Source: a virus (Duplodnaviria; Caudoviricetes). From it: 64,000 bases of DNA. Below the pieces are notes generated by a model. It saw nothing but the letters and a program-made list of their open reading frames with translations, was not told where the DNA came from and did not search any database. Position 1 is the stretch's first letter. Each line of letters opens with the position of its first letter. Location of the stretch: IMG/VR virus record IMGVR_UViG_3300027808_002667, positions 1-64,000 of that record; one strand, written 5' to 3'. This document shows, one piece after another, positions 29,608 through 38,645 of the stretch. The translations under genes and the position numbers were made by a program.

Positions 29608-29636
29608 ATTATAACACCTTTAGGGGCAGTTGTCAA
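29608..29636 (-). promoter_or_regulatory. Early sigma70 promoter TTGACA-N17-TATAAT
   Basis: Perfect consensus upstream of the VWA gene. Confidence 0.85.
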
Positions 29637-29666
29637 GCCCCCAGTAAGCCATATAGTATGTGGGGT

Positions 29667-29942
29667 CTAGGACCTCGTTATAGCCAAAATGCGTTCAATT
29701 TGCTTTTCTATTAAAGGAATACGGTTTGGCCAATGGATGTAATCTTTATCGGGATTCTTCATCAAATTAACCAAAAGAGGCAGAATTAGCTTTTCAACGC
29801 TGGCAAGCTTCTCTTTAACTTTCGAATCAGCAGTTTGATTCGCTTCACTTATAAGTGGATCTGCAACATCCGACTCATGTACTGCCGTAAATCCGAAGTC
29901 GTTACTTAAATCTAAATATTCTGCAGGGATTTTACTTGACAT
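29667..29942 (-). CDS. Conserved T4-like hypothetical protein
   Basis: DFGFTAV, ILPLLVNLMKNPDKDYIHWPNR. Confidence 0.7.
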   Translation of the reverse strand: MSSKIPAEYLDLSNDFGFTAVHESDVADPLISEANQTADSKVKEKLASVEKLILPLLVNLMKNPDKDYIHWPNRIPLIEKQIERILAITRS

Positions 29943-29943
29943 A

Positions 29944-30537
29944 TTATTTCCAGCGTGGGCCATGCACCCAACCTACTAGCGCCTTACGTTGGCCTTTAGT
30001 GATATGTTTTACATCATGTAATGTGTATGAAGGAAACAAAGTAATAGTTCCTTTTGTTTGTGGAATAGGAAACGGATTCTGTGATGTATGCAAACGAGTT
30101 TCGCCACCCTCATATTCGGAGGGGTCAGTTAATTGTAATGAAAAACTTAATTTTCTTGGGTACTGGCCTGGACCTTGATAATGATGATCGACGTGCGCGT
30201 CATAGAAATCGCCTTCATTGTAAACTGAATACTGAAGACCTTCAATGTTATGAAGTTCAAACCCAAACCATTTTTCATTTGCAGCTAAAATAACGTCTGT
30301 CAATTTTCTATATAACCAAGCGTTTTCTTCATTACCTGGAATCCATGCAATTTTTGTACTGCGAATAGTGGGATCAACTCTACCTTGTTCGTCAGGTCCA
30401 CCTCCAACATATGCCTGATCTAGTCCCGCTTTTTCGCCTGCTGCAATAATACCATTTACCATATCCTCATCAAAAACGCCTTCGTAATAAGCAAACGCAT
30501 TTACTGTATGTGTTGTTAGTTGCCATCCTAATGTCAT
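29944..30537 (-). CDS. 2OG-Fe(II) oxygenase, PKHD/prolyl-hydroxylase-like
   Basis: YDAHVD (HxD), RKLSFSLQL, YEGGE, FPSYTLHDV, RKALVGW. Confidence 0.88.
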   Translation of the reverse strand: MTLGWQLTTHTVNAFAYYEGVFDEDMVNGIIAAGEKAGLDQAYVGGGPDEQGRVDPTIRSTKIAWIPGNEENAWLYRKLTDVILAANEKWFGFELHNIEGLQYSVYNEGDFYDAHVDHHYQGPGQYPRKLSFSLQLTDPSEYEGGETRLHTSQNPFPIPQTKGTITLFPSYTLHDVKHITKGQRKALVGWVHGPRWK

Positions 30538-30546
30538 AATATTCCT

Positions 30547-32262
30547 TTAAGTATTAATTCTGGAAAAATTTTGGTGCTTTTCAAATTTAATAATGCTTCT
30601 AAATTTATCAAAAAGCAAATCACCTTTGTGACTAATAACGAATACATTAGTCTCTTCTCCCAATGTATTTATTAAGTTCATCACATAATCTGTGCCGTTA
30701 GCATCAAGAGATGAATCAAAAACCTCATCAAGTAACAGAAGGTTTGTGCTAGCACAATTCTTCATTTTAGCAATAGTTCTCCAGGTAAACAATAATGCCA
30801 AATCAATTCTTTGTTTTTCACCTTCACTGAATGAAGCATATGAAAATTCATCTCTGTGTCTAGATTTAATTGTCTCATTAAAAGTTTCATCCAATTCAAA
30901 GTGACAAAAGAAATCCATCGCAACAAGATATTTATTAACTAATTTATTGATGACGGGAAGATATTGTCTAATAATTTTAGTCTTAATACCTGTGTCTTTT
31001 AACAAAATGCTTGCAATATCTAAATAGTGTTTATCCTCCGACAATTTACTTTTTTCGCCCGCCGCAATAACAACTTCTTTGGCCAGCGCTTTAAGCTTCG
31101 TCTTCTCATCGTCAAGGTTTGCCGTATCATTAGTATTGCTTGCCAATTCTGTTTGCAATTTTTGTATATAACTCTGATTTGCAATGATTTTTGTGTTGAG
31201 CTCGATGATAGTGTCGGTATGTTCAGAGATTTTCTTTTCGATAGCAGCAATCGCATCAAGTCTAGTTTCAATATCTTGCAATTGAGTGGTAATGGTTTGA
31301 ACTGCTGTCTCAACTTCTTCGAGTTTATGTGTATGAAGTGAGATCGCGGAGTGTTTGTGATCTGTGTCAAGACTTTGGCTACACGTCGGACATACATCGT
31401 GTTCGTGGTAAAATTGTATGCTACTTTCTTGAGTCTTAATTCTTTCGGAAAGTTTTCTAAGGAGTTCTCCCATCTCAGTACGCTTGTTACGTTTCTCAGC
31501 TGAGTCCGATATCGAGGATTTAAGATTACTTTCTTTTTGTTTTTGGATAAGCACTCTGTCATTAAACTGTGATATCTCTGTAGACGTTTCAGATATTCGT
31601 TTTTGTACATCATCTAATTTCTTTCTCTTGTCTTGTTCAAGCGTACCAATATACTGTTGTTGTATTTTAACCTTGCCCTTACCTAACTCAATAGAAGAAT
31701 CAATTTCAGATATTTTAATTTTAATGTCATTGACTTTATTTTTTAACACGCTATTCATTACTGTAAAGATTTGAATATCTAGAATGTCTTCAATAATTTC
31801 TCTACGATGTCCCAACGGCAATTGCATAAAGGGGGTAAAAGAGGCACTACCCAAAATTACAATTTGTGTAAAAGATTTATAGTTTAATTTTAAGACGGTA
31901 TCTTCAAGATACTTTTGATAGTCTTTAGAGGCCGCATCTTGATTCAACAAAATACCCTGGCAATGAATCTCAAAAATGCCAGGTTTAATTCCCCTAACAA
32001 TTTTATATTCTTTTTGTCCAATATCAAATTCAATTTCAACCTGTAGATTTTTGCCGTTAATGCTATTCATTAACTGAGGTTTATTGATGTTTCTAAATGG
32101 TTTGTTAAATAAGCAAAAACAAATAGCATCAAGTATGGTACTTTTACCAGCACCATTCTCGCCTACAATAAGTGTTGTGGATGTTTTATCTAATTTTACT
32201 TCTGTAAATTGACCACCCGTAGATAAAAAATTCTTCCACCTTACAGCTTTAAATCTTATCAT
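30547..32262 (-). CDS. gp46: Recombination endonuclease ATPase subunit (Rad50/SbcC-like)
   Basis: GENGAGKST, CPTC hook, FSEGEKQRIDL, LLLLDEVFD. Confidence 0.95.
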   Translation of the reverse strand: MIRFKAVRWKNFLSTGGQFTEVKLDKTSTTLIVGENGAGKSTILDAICFCLFNKPFRNINKPQLMNSINGKNLQVEIEFDIGQKEYKIVRGIKPGIFEIHCQGILLNQDAASKDYQKYLEDTVLKLNYKSFTQIVILGSASFTPFMQLPLGHRREIIEDILDIQIFTVMNSVLKNKVNDIKIKISEIDSSIELGKGKVKIQQQYIGTLEQDKRKKLDDVQKRISETSTEISQFNDRVLIQKQKESNLKSSISDSAEKRNKRTEMGELLRKLSERIKTQESSIQFYHEHDVCPTCSQSLDTDHKHSAISLHTHKLEEVETAVQTITTQLQDIETRLDAIAAIEKKISEHTDTIIELNTKIIANQSYIQKLQTELASNTNDTANLDDEKTKLKALAKEVVIAAGEKSKLSEDKHYLDIASILLKDTGIKTKIIRQYLPVINKLVNKYLVAMDFFCHFELDETFNETIKSRHRDEFSYASFSEGEKQRIDLALLFTWRTIAKMKNCASTNLLLLDEVFDSSLDANGTDYVMNLINTLGEETNVFVISHKGDLLFDKFRSIIKFEKHQNFSRINT

Positions 32263-33323
32263 ACTTCCTCATAATGTTGTGCTTCTACGTACAGCGTTTT
32301 CAAAATACTTTTGAGACGATCTTTATCAGAATCAGTATCAACGCTATCTACATAGTTAGATAATAATGTCATTGTGTCTTCTAAGTCAATAGATTCATCA
32401 AGAGCTTCAGATTCAAATTCTGAAAAGTCTTCAATAATTTTCAATTCTATTGGGTTCTGTTTATATATTGATTCTATAAATCCGTCAAATTTCACAAAAT
32501 CTTTTTTGTTAACTACAATAATTTTTATTAGCTTAGATGCGAATCTAGTAATATCAATGTTTGCTACATCTTCTTTTTCATCGTCGTAATAATACTTCTC
32601 AAAAATTGTAAAAGGATTTTTAACAAATTCCAATTCTTTAGTTTCGGTATCAAAGATATGGAATCCTCGATCATCGTCAAAATCATTCCAGAATAATTGA
32701 TAGGGGTTACCTAAATATTGAACATTGCCTTTACCGTGTTTGTGATGAAAATGTCCCGAGCAAACTAAATCAAAATTCTTAAAAATAATAGGATCCATAC
32801 CCGAATGATCTAGATGTGCATCTTGACCTTTAAACATCACAAACCCAGATAACTCCAAATGACCAAAGCATATTTTTGCTTTAGTATTTTTAATCATGTC
32901 AGATGCTTCTTGAAAATTATCTGCACATAACCAAGGCATCATCAAAATACTAGTACCATCAAAATCTAATTCAATAGGGCTATCCCAGGCATTTATATTT
33001 GTGTACTCGCCTAATAACAAATCTGGCGAATTTACATCATTGGTATTTTTAAAAAACGTATCATGATTACCTACAATCATATCCATTTTAATATTGCGAG
33101 TTTTTATTTCGTCAAAGAAATAATTTTTGCAAGACTTTAATGAATTGAAATTAATATACTTTCTACGATCAAAGCAATCGCCCAAGTGTATTACATTAGT
33201 AATACCTCGTTTGTCTAATTCCGGAAAGAATATTTCACTATAGAATTTTTTAAAAAATGCATCAAATGGTTGAGAGTCGGATCTTGCCCCAAAGTGTGTA
33301 TCAGTTACCAATGCTATCTTCAT
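32259..33323 (-). CDS. gp47: Recombination endonuclease nuclease subunit (Mre11-like)
   Basis: DTHFG, HLGDCFD, VGNHD, GHLE, SGHFH. Confidence 0.95.
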   Translation of the reverse strand: MKIALVTDTHFGARSDSQPFDAFFKKFYSEIFFPELDKRGITNVIHLGDCFDRRKYINFNSLKSCKNYFFDEIKTRNIKMDMIVGNHDTFFKNTNDVNSPDLLLGEYTNINAWDSPIELDFDGTSILMMPWLCADNFQEASDMIKNTKAKICFGHLELSGFVMFKGQDAHLDHSGMDPIIFKNFDLVCSGHFHHKHGKGNVQYLGNPYQLFWNDFDDDRGFHIFDTETKELEFVKNPFTIFEKYYYDDEKEDVANIDITRFASKLIKIIVVNKKDFVKFDGFIESIYKQNPIELKIIEDFSEFESEALDESIDLEDTMTLLSNYVDSVDTDSDKDRLKSILKTLYVEAQHYEEV

Positions 33324-33783
33324 CAATATACTCCCATGTTGAATCGCCTTTTTTCCTAACACTTGCGACATATGTTAAATGTTCGCCAGGCCCAGCGCAC
33401 CACTCAGTTGGACCAATGGGTGTTAGAATGTTTTTATCTTTATATGAATTAAAGTATATATGATATGCTTTACTATGTATAGTTCTTATACCATATTCTG
33501 CGGCATGCACTAATTCTGTTGCGTCTAGTCTACTAGCAAGTTGTTTTGCTTGTTCTTGTAAAATAGCAACCATTTCCATGATTCTATTATACTCTTGTTT
33601 AGCGTGTTCTTTTGCTACATTTAGATCTAAATCTTTTTGGTCTTGAACATTAACAGGAGCAAAAAAAGCAGCGCCAACTTCAACAGGATATTCACTAGAA
33701 CTACGATTAATGAAAGCAACTAATTGCCCGCCAATGACCGCATCTTTACTATTACGACCTTTTAAAACATTACTTTCTTTCAT
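33301..33783 (-). CDS. DUF2452-like protein
   Basis: YPVEVGAAFFAP, coiled coil, P.EW C-terminus; family recall only. Confidence 0.5.
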   Translation of the reverse strand: MKESNVLKGRNSKDAVIGGQLVAFINRSSSEYPVEVGAAFFAPVNVQDQKDLDLNVAKEHAKQEYNRIMEMVAILQEQAKQLASRLDATELVHAAEYGIRTIHSKAYHIYFNSYKDKNILTPIGPTEWCAGPGEHLTYVASVRKKGDSTWEYIDEDSIGN

Positions 33784-34231
33784 ATTTTCCTTCTAGGTAT
33801 TTTTCATTTTCTACCCATTTATTATCAACCAAGAAACCCCATTCTCTTGTTTGCTTACCAGGCATAAACAATGTCCAACATTCGATAGCTGGATCTAATT
33901 CTATACGATGATATGAATTAGCACTGCAAGTCCTAAAATGCCCCGGTTTTCTCCAACTAGCAACTTCACTAATTTTCTTATTGTTATCATCAAAAATAGG
34001 TACCCACTCGTAGTATCCACCTTTAAGTATTAGTGTTGTATAAGACCAAGGGTGATCGTGAACATCATCAGGATCACCTTTTAAAAATTTGTGTAGAAAA
34101 ATGTTAAACGGAAACTTTTTTCTATCTTTGAGAAAAAGATAATAGCGTTCAAGATATGGTTCGTTATTTACACGATCCATAATAATTCTTTTTCTGTCTA
34201 ATTTTTCTAAAATATTCAAAAACCATTTCAT
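33770..34231 (-). CDS. Cupin-like protein
   Basis: HDHPWSY...GGYYE...HRIEL...WTLF. Confidence 0.6.
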   Translation of the reverse strand: MKWFLNILEKLDRKRIIMDRVNNEPYLERYYLFLKDRKKFPFNIFLHKFLKGDPDDVHDHPWSYTTLILKGGYYEWVPIFDDNNKKISEVASWRKPGHFRTCSANSYHRIELDPAIECWTLFMPGKQTREWGFLVDNKWVENEKYLEGKYERK

Positions 34232-34253
34232 ATTAAATCTCACTATTTATTCA

Positions 34254-34943
34254 TTATTTTCTATCACCAAACAGTTGTAATAGATTAATAAACAAATTGA
34301 TAAAGTCCATATATAAAGTCAATGCTCCACGTACCTCTGCGCTATCGCTAGTTTCTATACTGAGTTCTTCTCGAATCTTCTGTGTGTCGTATGCTGTCAA
34401 TCCGAGGAAGATAATAATTGCCAATGCACTAATAACCATTTGCATTACAGTACTACCGATAAAGATATTAACGATACTAGCAATAATGATAGCAATCAAT
34501 CCAACAAACATAAATTTACCAAGACTATCTAGACTTTGTTTAGTAAAATAACCATATCCACTCATAACACCAAACAGCACTGCCGCACCCATAAAAGCAC
34601 TAACAATACTTCCCATGGTGAACACAGCAAAGATCATTGCAAAGCTTAATCCCATCAATGACGCAAAGCCATGTAGGCAAAGTTGCGCAACACTTTTACT
34701 CGGATTTTTACCTAACACATAGCTAACACCAAAGATTGCTGCAAGTGGGGCAAAGATCACAATCCACTTTAATACACCCGTAAAAAAGAATTGTAGTAAC
34801 TCTGGACTAGTGCCTACAAAGTAACTGACAAACATTGATACAATAACAGCAAGACTCATATGCCCGTAGACACGACCCATTGCTGAGTTAATTTCGCTTG
34901 CAGAGCGATATGATATTCCGCCTGTGTAATTTGTTCCAAACAT
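34254..34943 (-). CDS. Bax inhibitor-1/YccA family membrane protein
   Basis: About 7 TMs, TAYDTQKI, ALTLYMDFINLF. Confidence 0.9.
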   Translation of the reverse strand: MFGTNYTGGISYRSASEINSAMGRVYGHMSLAVIVSMFVSYFVGTSPELLQFFFTGVLKWIVIFAPLAAIFGVSYVLGKNPSKSVAQLCLHGFASLMGLSFAMIFAVFTMGSIVSAFMGAAVLFGVMSGYGYFTKQSLDSLGKFMFVGLIAIIIASIVNIFIGSTVMQMVISALAIIIFLGLTAYDTQKIREELSIETSDSAEVRGALTLYMDFINLFINLLQLFGDRK

Positions 34944-34953
34944 TTTTGTTCCT

Positions 34954-35538
34954 TTAAATATCTTTTAATAAAAACCCTAACCTATCTCCAGCAGCGCTGG
35001 GATAGAACTCATCCTTCCAAACCGGTATAATTGTATTAGCTTCATGATTGGAAAAATCATCGTTGTATCTAAAATGTACTTCAATTATCTTATCCCCTAT
35101 CACCTCTACATTAAACCAAGGATATCTATCTGCAATGTCTTGTAGTATTTTGGGAAGTTTAAAAGCTTCCTCAATCTTTGTCCATCGACTAAATCTATCT
35201 AATCGTAATGGATCGTTCCTAAAACCCTCAACTGCTAGCACTTGCTTACCCCTAAAATAATCAAAACTAAGATGGCGTCCGGTAAATACTTCACACCAAA
35301 AATAGCCATCTGGTATTGAATCTGAGTCTAGGTATTGAATACTTGCACCCTTAGACATCATCTTTAGATTCATAATAGGTCTCACCGCATACTGACCGGG
35401 ATAGGGAGGAACGATGCCGGCAGGACCACATTTGTATCCTAGCTTCTTTGATAAGATTAATTTATCTACACACCAAAGATCATCGAATGATATTTTTTCA
35501 AATACATCTACATCGCCAAGTTGAGGTACGTAAGTCAT
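34954..35538 (-). CDS. Putative minimal ATP-grasp fold protein
   Basis: DKL, VRP..N..M..G, CEVFTG, FNVEVIGDKIIEVHFR pattern. Confidence 0.45.
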   Translation of the reverse strand: MTYVPQLGDVDVFEKISFDDLWCVDKLILSKKLGYKCGPAGIVPPYPGQYAVRPIMNLKMMSKGASIQYLDSDSIPDGYFWCEVFTGRHLSFDYFRGKQVLAVEGFRNDPLRLDRFSRWTKIEEAFKLPKILQDIADRYPWFNVEVIGDKIIEVHFRYNDDFSNHEANTIIPVWKDEFYPSAAGDRLGFLLKDI

Positions 35539-35545
35539 TTATATA

Positions 35546-36022
35546 TTATTCGAACTCGTTGTCTTCTCTGTGCCCAACTCTCATTGCCATGTTTGCATCT
35601 GTTTCTCGTACTTCAACCTTGCTGCACCAGATTCGTTCTGCTTCGGTTTTGCCGTACATTGGGAGGAAGATAGTATTAATATACTCATAAAGAAAATCAG
35701 AAATCCCCTCACAACCTGTTTTCTCCACCTCTGTAATTTTTGCTAATTTTAATCTGCCTAATTCAAGTAAATGTTCCCGCATAGGATCATCCTGTGCGAC
35801 TAATAGAGTATGGTCAAACCAATCCTCTAATTTTTCTTTTAATGGTTTAAGTCCACCGAAATCCATACACCAATTACGAGCATCCAGTGTGTCACATTCA
35901 AATTCAAAATGAAATGATAGTGCATATCCATGAACTAGATTACAATGACTGTCAGCTCTCCATTGTCTGTACGCTACGGGACCTATTTGTTTATATGTTT
36001 TTGTTGAGATATATTTTGCCAT
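35546..36022 (-). CDS. queD: 6-carboxy-5,6,7,8-tetrahydropterin synthase
   Basis: HCNLVHGY, MDFGGLK, FDHTLL, VRETDAN. Confidence 0.88.
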   Translation of the reverse strand: MAKYISTKTYKQIGPVAYRQWRADSHCNLVHGYALSFHFEFECDTLDARNWCMDFGGLKPLKEKLEDWFDHTLLVAQDDPMREHLLELGRLKLAKITEVEKTGCEGISDFLYEYINTIFLPMYGKTEAERIWCSKVEVRETDANMAMRVGHREDNEFE

Positions 36023-36062
36023 CTCTTGCCTCTCTGAGTAAGTTTGATGGCATGCAGAGTAT

Positions 36063-37094
36063 TTAGAGAGGGGTGAATGCCGGAGACCTCTTTGTCATTT
36101 CCTGAAAAGCCCTAGAATCATACCAATCGAATAAATCTTCGATAATTTTATCTAAGTTACATTCTGGCTTCCAAGAAGTTTCAGATTGTAATTTTTCAGA
36201 ATTTGCAATTAATATTGCAGGATCACCATCGCGGCGAGGTGCAACATTGAAAACAATACCGTCGCCAATTCTTTCCGCATCTAATAAAAAGTTTTCTGTT
36301 TTAACAAATACTTCAAGATTCGAATGTCCTTTGACTGATCCTATATTATATATGCCTTTGAGATTATTCTCAATAGCTAAGATGTGTGCTTTGGCAATAT
36401 CCGTGACATGAATATAATCTCTGACACAAGTTCTATCCTTTGTCGGATAATCTATACCATACATTGTAAATGCTTCGTTAGACATTGCTGCTTCAAAAAT
36501 TTTAGCAAAAATATGAGTAGCATTTGGTTCTTGACCGTGTATGCCACCTTCTACTGCACCGCAAGCATTGAAATATCTAAATGACACATACTCTAAACCA
36601 TATGCCTTATTGTGCCAATTAAGCATCATCTCAGTCATTAGTTTAGATTCACCATATGGTGATATCGGATTTGTATCTGATTTTTCGAATAGCATATGAC
36701 TTTTTTCAGGGTCACCATAAACCGAAGCGCTGCTACTAAAAATGAATTTTGTTTTAGGGGAATATTTGTTAATGTGTTCTAAATACTTTGCAGTTTTAGC
36801 AACATTGTTATCATAATATTCTATTGGGTTAGTCATACTTGGACCAACTAAACTAGTGCCAGCACAATGAATAATTGCATCTGGCATATTATTCATTACG
36901 CTTTTTAATGAATCAGCATCAACAAAATCACATTGAATGAATTCATCATAGTATGTTTTTAAATGTGGACTAACTCGTCTGTCAATACCAACAACTCTAT
37001 AGCCTTGATTTTTTAGTTCAATGCAAATAGCGCCACCGATATAACCGGCGGCACCTGTAACTATAACTGTTTTAATATTTTGCTGCTGGGACAT
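36063..37094 (-). CDS. galE: UDP-glucose 4-epimerase (SDR)
   Basis: TGAAGYIG, SSSASVYG, YGESK, RYFNACGA, RDYIHVTD, RRDGDP. Confidence 0.88.
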   Translation of the reverse strand: MSQQQNIKTVIVTGAAGYIGGAICIELKNQGYRVVGIDRRVSPHLKTYYDEFIQCDFVDADSLKSVMNNMPDAIIHCAGTSLVGPSMTNPIEYYDNNVAKTAKYLEHINKYSPKTKFIFSSSASVYGDPEKSHMLFEKSDTNPISPYGESKLMTEMMLNWHNKAYGLEYVSFRYFNACGAVEGGIHGQEPNATHIFAKIFEAAMSNEAFTMYGIDYPTKDRTCVRDYIHVTDIAKAHILAIENNLKGIYNIGSVKGHSNLEVFVKTENFLLDAERIGDGIVFNVAPRRDGDPAILIANSEKLQSETSWKPECNLDKIIEDLFDWYDSRAFQEMTKRSPAFTPL

Positions 37095-38244
37095 GATCTC
37101 TATAATCCTTACCACCTCGCCACCAATGTGATCCTTCGGCATTAAACATAATATCTATACAACGATCAATAGTATTAGATGTCCAAGTAGCTAATTTGCC
37201 TAGATTGGCTCGCTCTTGAAACAACAAACTATTCAATTTAAATATGGCATCATCTTGTGACCATGGGATGTAAAGACATTCACGATCATTAGCAAATGTT
37301 TCTGGGAATGATCTATACGCAGGATACAAACAATTTGTACCTAGTGCATCTGCTTCTGATGCTGTATTACTTACCCAATCTTGTAATGCACAATTAAATA
37401 ATACTCGAGAATCACCCAACAACTCATAGTACTCATTCTTTTTAAGATTCTCATATATTTTAAAATTGTGAGTCTTTTCCAATGCTCGCGCGCGATCCAA
37501 ATACTTTTGGTTGTTGCTACGTAATGGTCCACCTGATAAAACGGCAAACTCTACTGCAGGATTAAGTGTATGATAACGCTCAATTAGATCCATAAAGAAA
37601 TCAGGTTGTTTTTCTTGATCAAATCTTGCCGCAAACACTACACGAAGTTTTCGCTCATTAAATGGAATCAACGACTCAACACGGCTGCGAACTTCATTTT
37701 TGTCAAACGCCAAACCAGAGATATTAAAGATTGGTGCTTCCCAGCCCGCAATTTTCATATGGGCAACCATCTCTTCGTTAGATGCAAGTACACCTGTAAC
37801 GAATTGGTCTGTCATTTTCTCATATAGACCCATCCACTTCTGCATGTCCCATACGTGTACAAAATCATCTGGGTCAATAGATTGTGCAAGACAACGAACA
37901 AATATTCGAGGTTGATATTCATAATTTACTTGATCCATGATGTAAGGCAATGCCTCAATACCCGGAGTAAACATATCTTCAAAAAAGATTGTATCTTCGT
38001 ATGTAATTTCACCAGCTTTCATCTTCTTAATAAGATTAGCCATTTGTGTCAACGAATAATAACTACGACCATGTGCATCAAGTACTTGCCCAGTTACAAT
38101 TGCTTTAGAGTCATCTAAAATATCACCATGAATTACTTCATAATCAATACCACGACGTTTAAATGCTGCCTCGCTCCAATGTTGAAGCTGTAAGGTATAA
38201 CGACCTTCATACGGCTCCAGACCCATATAATATAATTTTCCCAT
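37072..38244 (-). CDS. GT-B glycosyltransferase (GT4-like C-terminal domain)
   Basis: FAARFDQEKQPDFF, VLFNCALQDWVSNTASEA, LYPAYRSFPE. Confidence 0.7.
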   Translation of the reverse strand: MGKLYYMGLEPYEGRYTLQLQHWSEAAFKRRGIDYEVIHGDILDDSKAIVTGQVLDAHGRSYYSLTQMANLIKKMKAGEITYEDTIFFEDMFTPGIEALPYIMDQVNYEYQPRIFVRCLAQSIDPDDFVHVWDMQKWMGLYEKMTDQFVTGVLASNEEMVAHMKIAGWEAPIFNISGLAFDKNEVRSRVESLIPFNERKLRVVFAARFDQEKQPDFFMDLIERYHTLNPAVEFAVLSGGPLRSNNQKYLDRARALEKTHNFKIYENLKKNEYYELLGDSRVLFNCALQDWVSNTASEADALGTNCLYPAYRSFPETFANDRECLYIPWSQDDAIFKLNSLLFQERANLGKLATWTSNTIDRCIDIMFNAEGSHWWRGGKDYRDHVPAAKY

Positions 38245-38246
38245 TA

Positions 38247-38645
38247 TCAATCCCTAGTAAAATACATTCTGCAACCGTTTTCGCCATCTTCTGATACTTC
38301 AATTACATAATCTCGATCAGGCCACTGTGCAATTAATTTCTCATGCAAATCTTTAGCAATCATCTCACAAGACTTATGATTCAATTTTAATGTGTCTTCA
38401 TTATACCAGCGTTCAATAGTACGCTTTGCTTGTATAAATTCAACATCTCTATCATCATGAAATACTTCCATCTCAACACGGAAATGAAAAATATGTCTAT
38501 GTAGATCAGCTAAGAATGAAACATCCAACCAATGTTCTTCCGGTTTACCAAAACGCTTTGTTGCTAATTTTGGATCCGTTGCCGCTGCTGGGTAACGATG
38601 AATACCTTCCTTCTGAAAGGTAACAAAAATAAAACTCTTGTTCAT
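38247..38645 (-). CDS. QueD-paralogous T-fold protein, DpdL-like
   Basis: LADLHRHIF matches LxxxHRHxF; SCEMIA; EVSEDGENG. Confidence 0.65.
   Translation of the reverse strand: MNKSFIFVTFQKEGIHRYPAAATDPKLATKRFGKPEEHWLDVSFLADLHRHIFHFRVEMEVFHDDRDVEFIQAKRTIERWYNEDTLKLNHKSCEMIAKDLHEKLIAQWPDRDYVIEVSEDGENGCRMYFTRD

Noticed and set aside
29944-30537. 2OG-Fe(II) oxygenase as a TET/JBP base hydroxylase supplying the GT acceptor
   Set aside because: Motifs are PKHD/prolyl-hydroxylase type and it lies outside the modification operon
31020-31613. 197-aa alternate-frame ORF inside gp46 with somewhat different base composition
   Set aside because: Overlaps the coiled-coil arm of intact gp46; no SD or motif; at most a recombined segment
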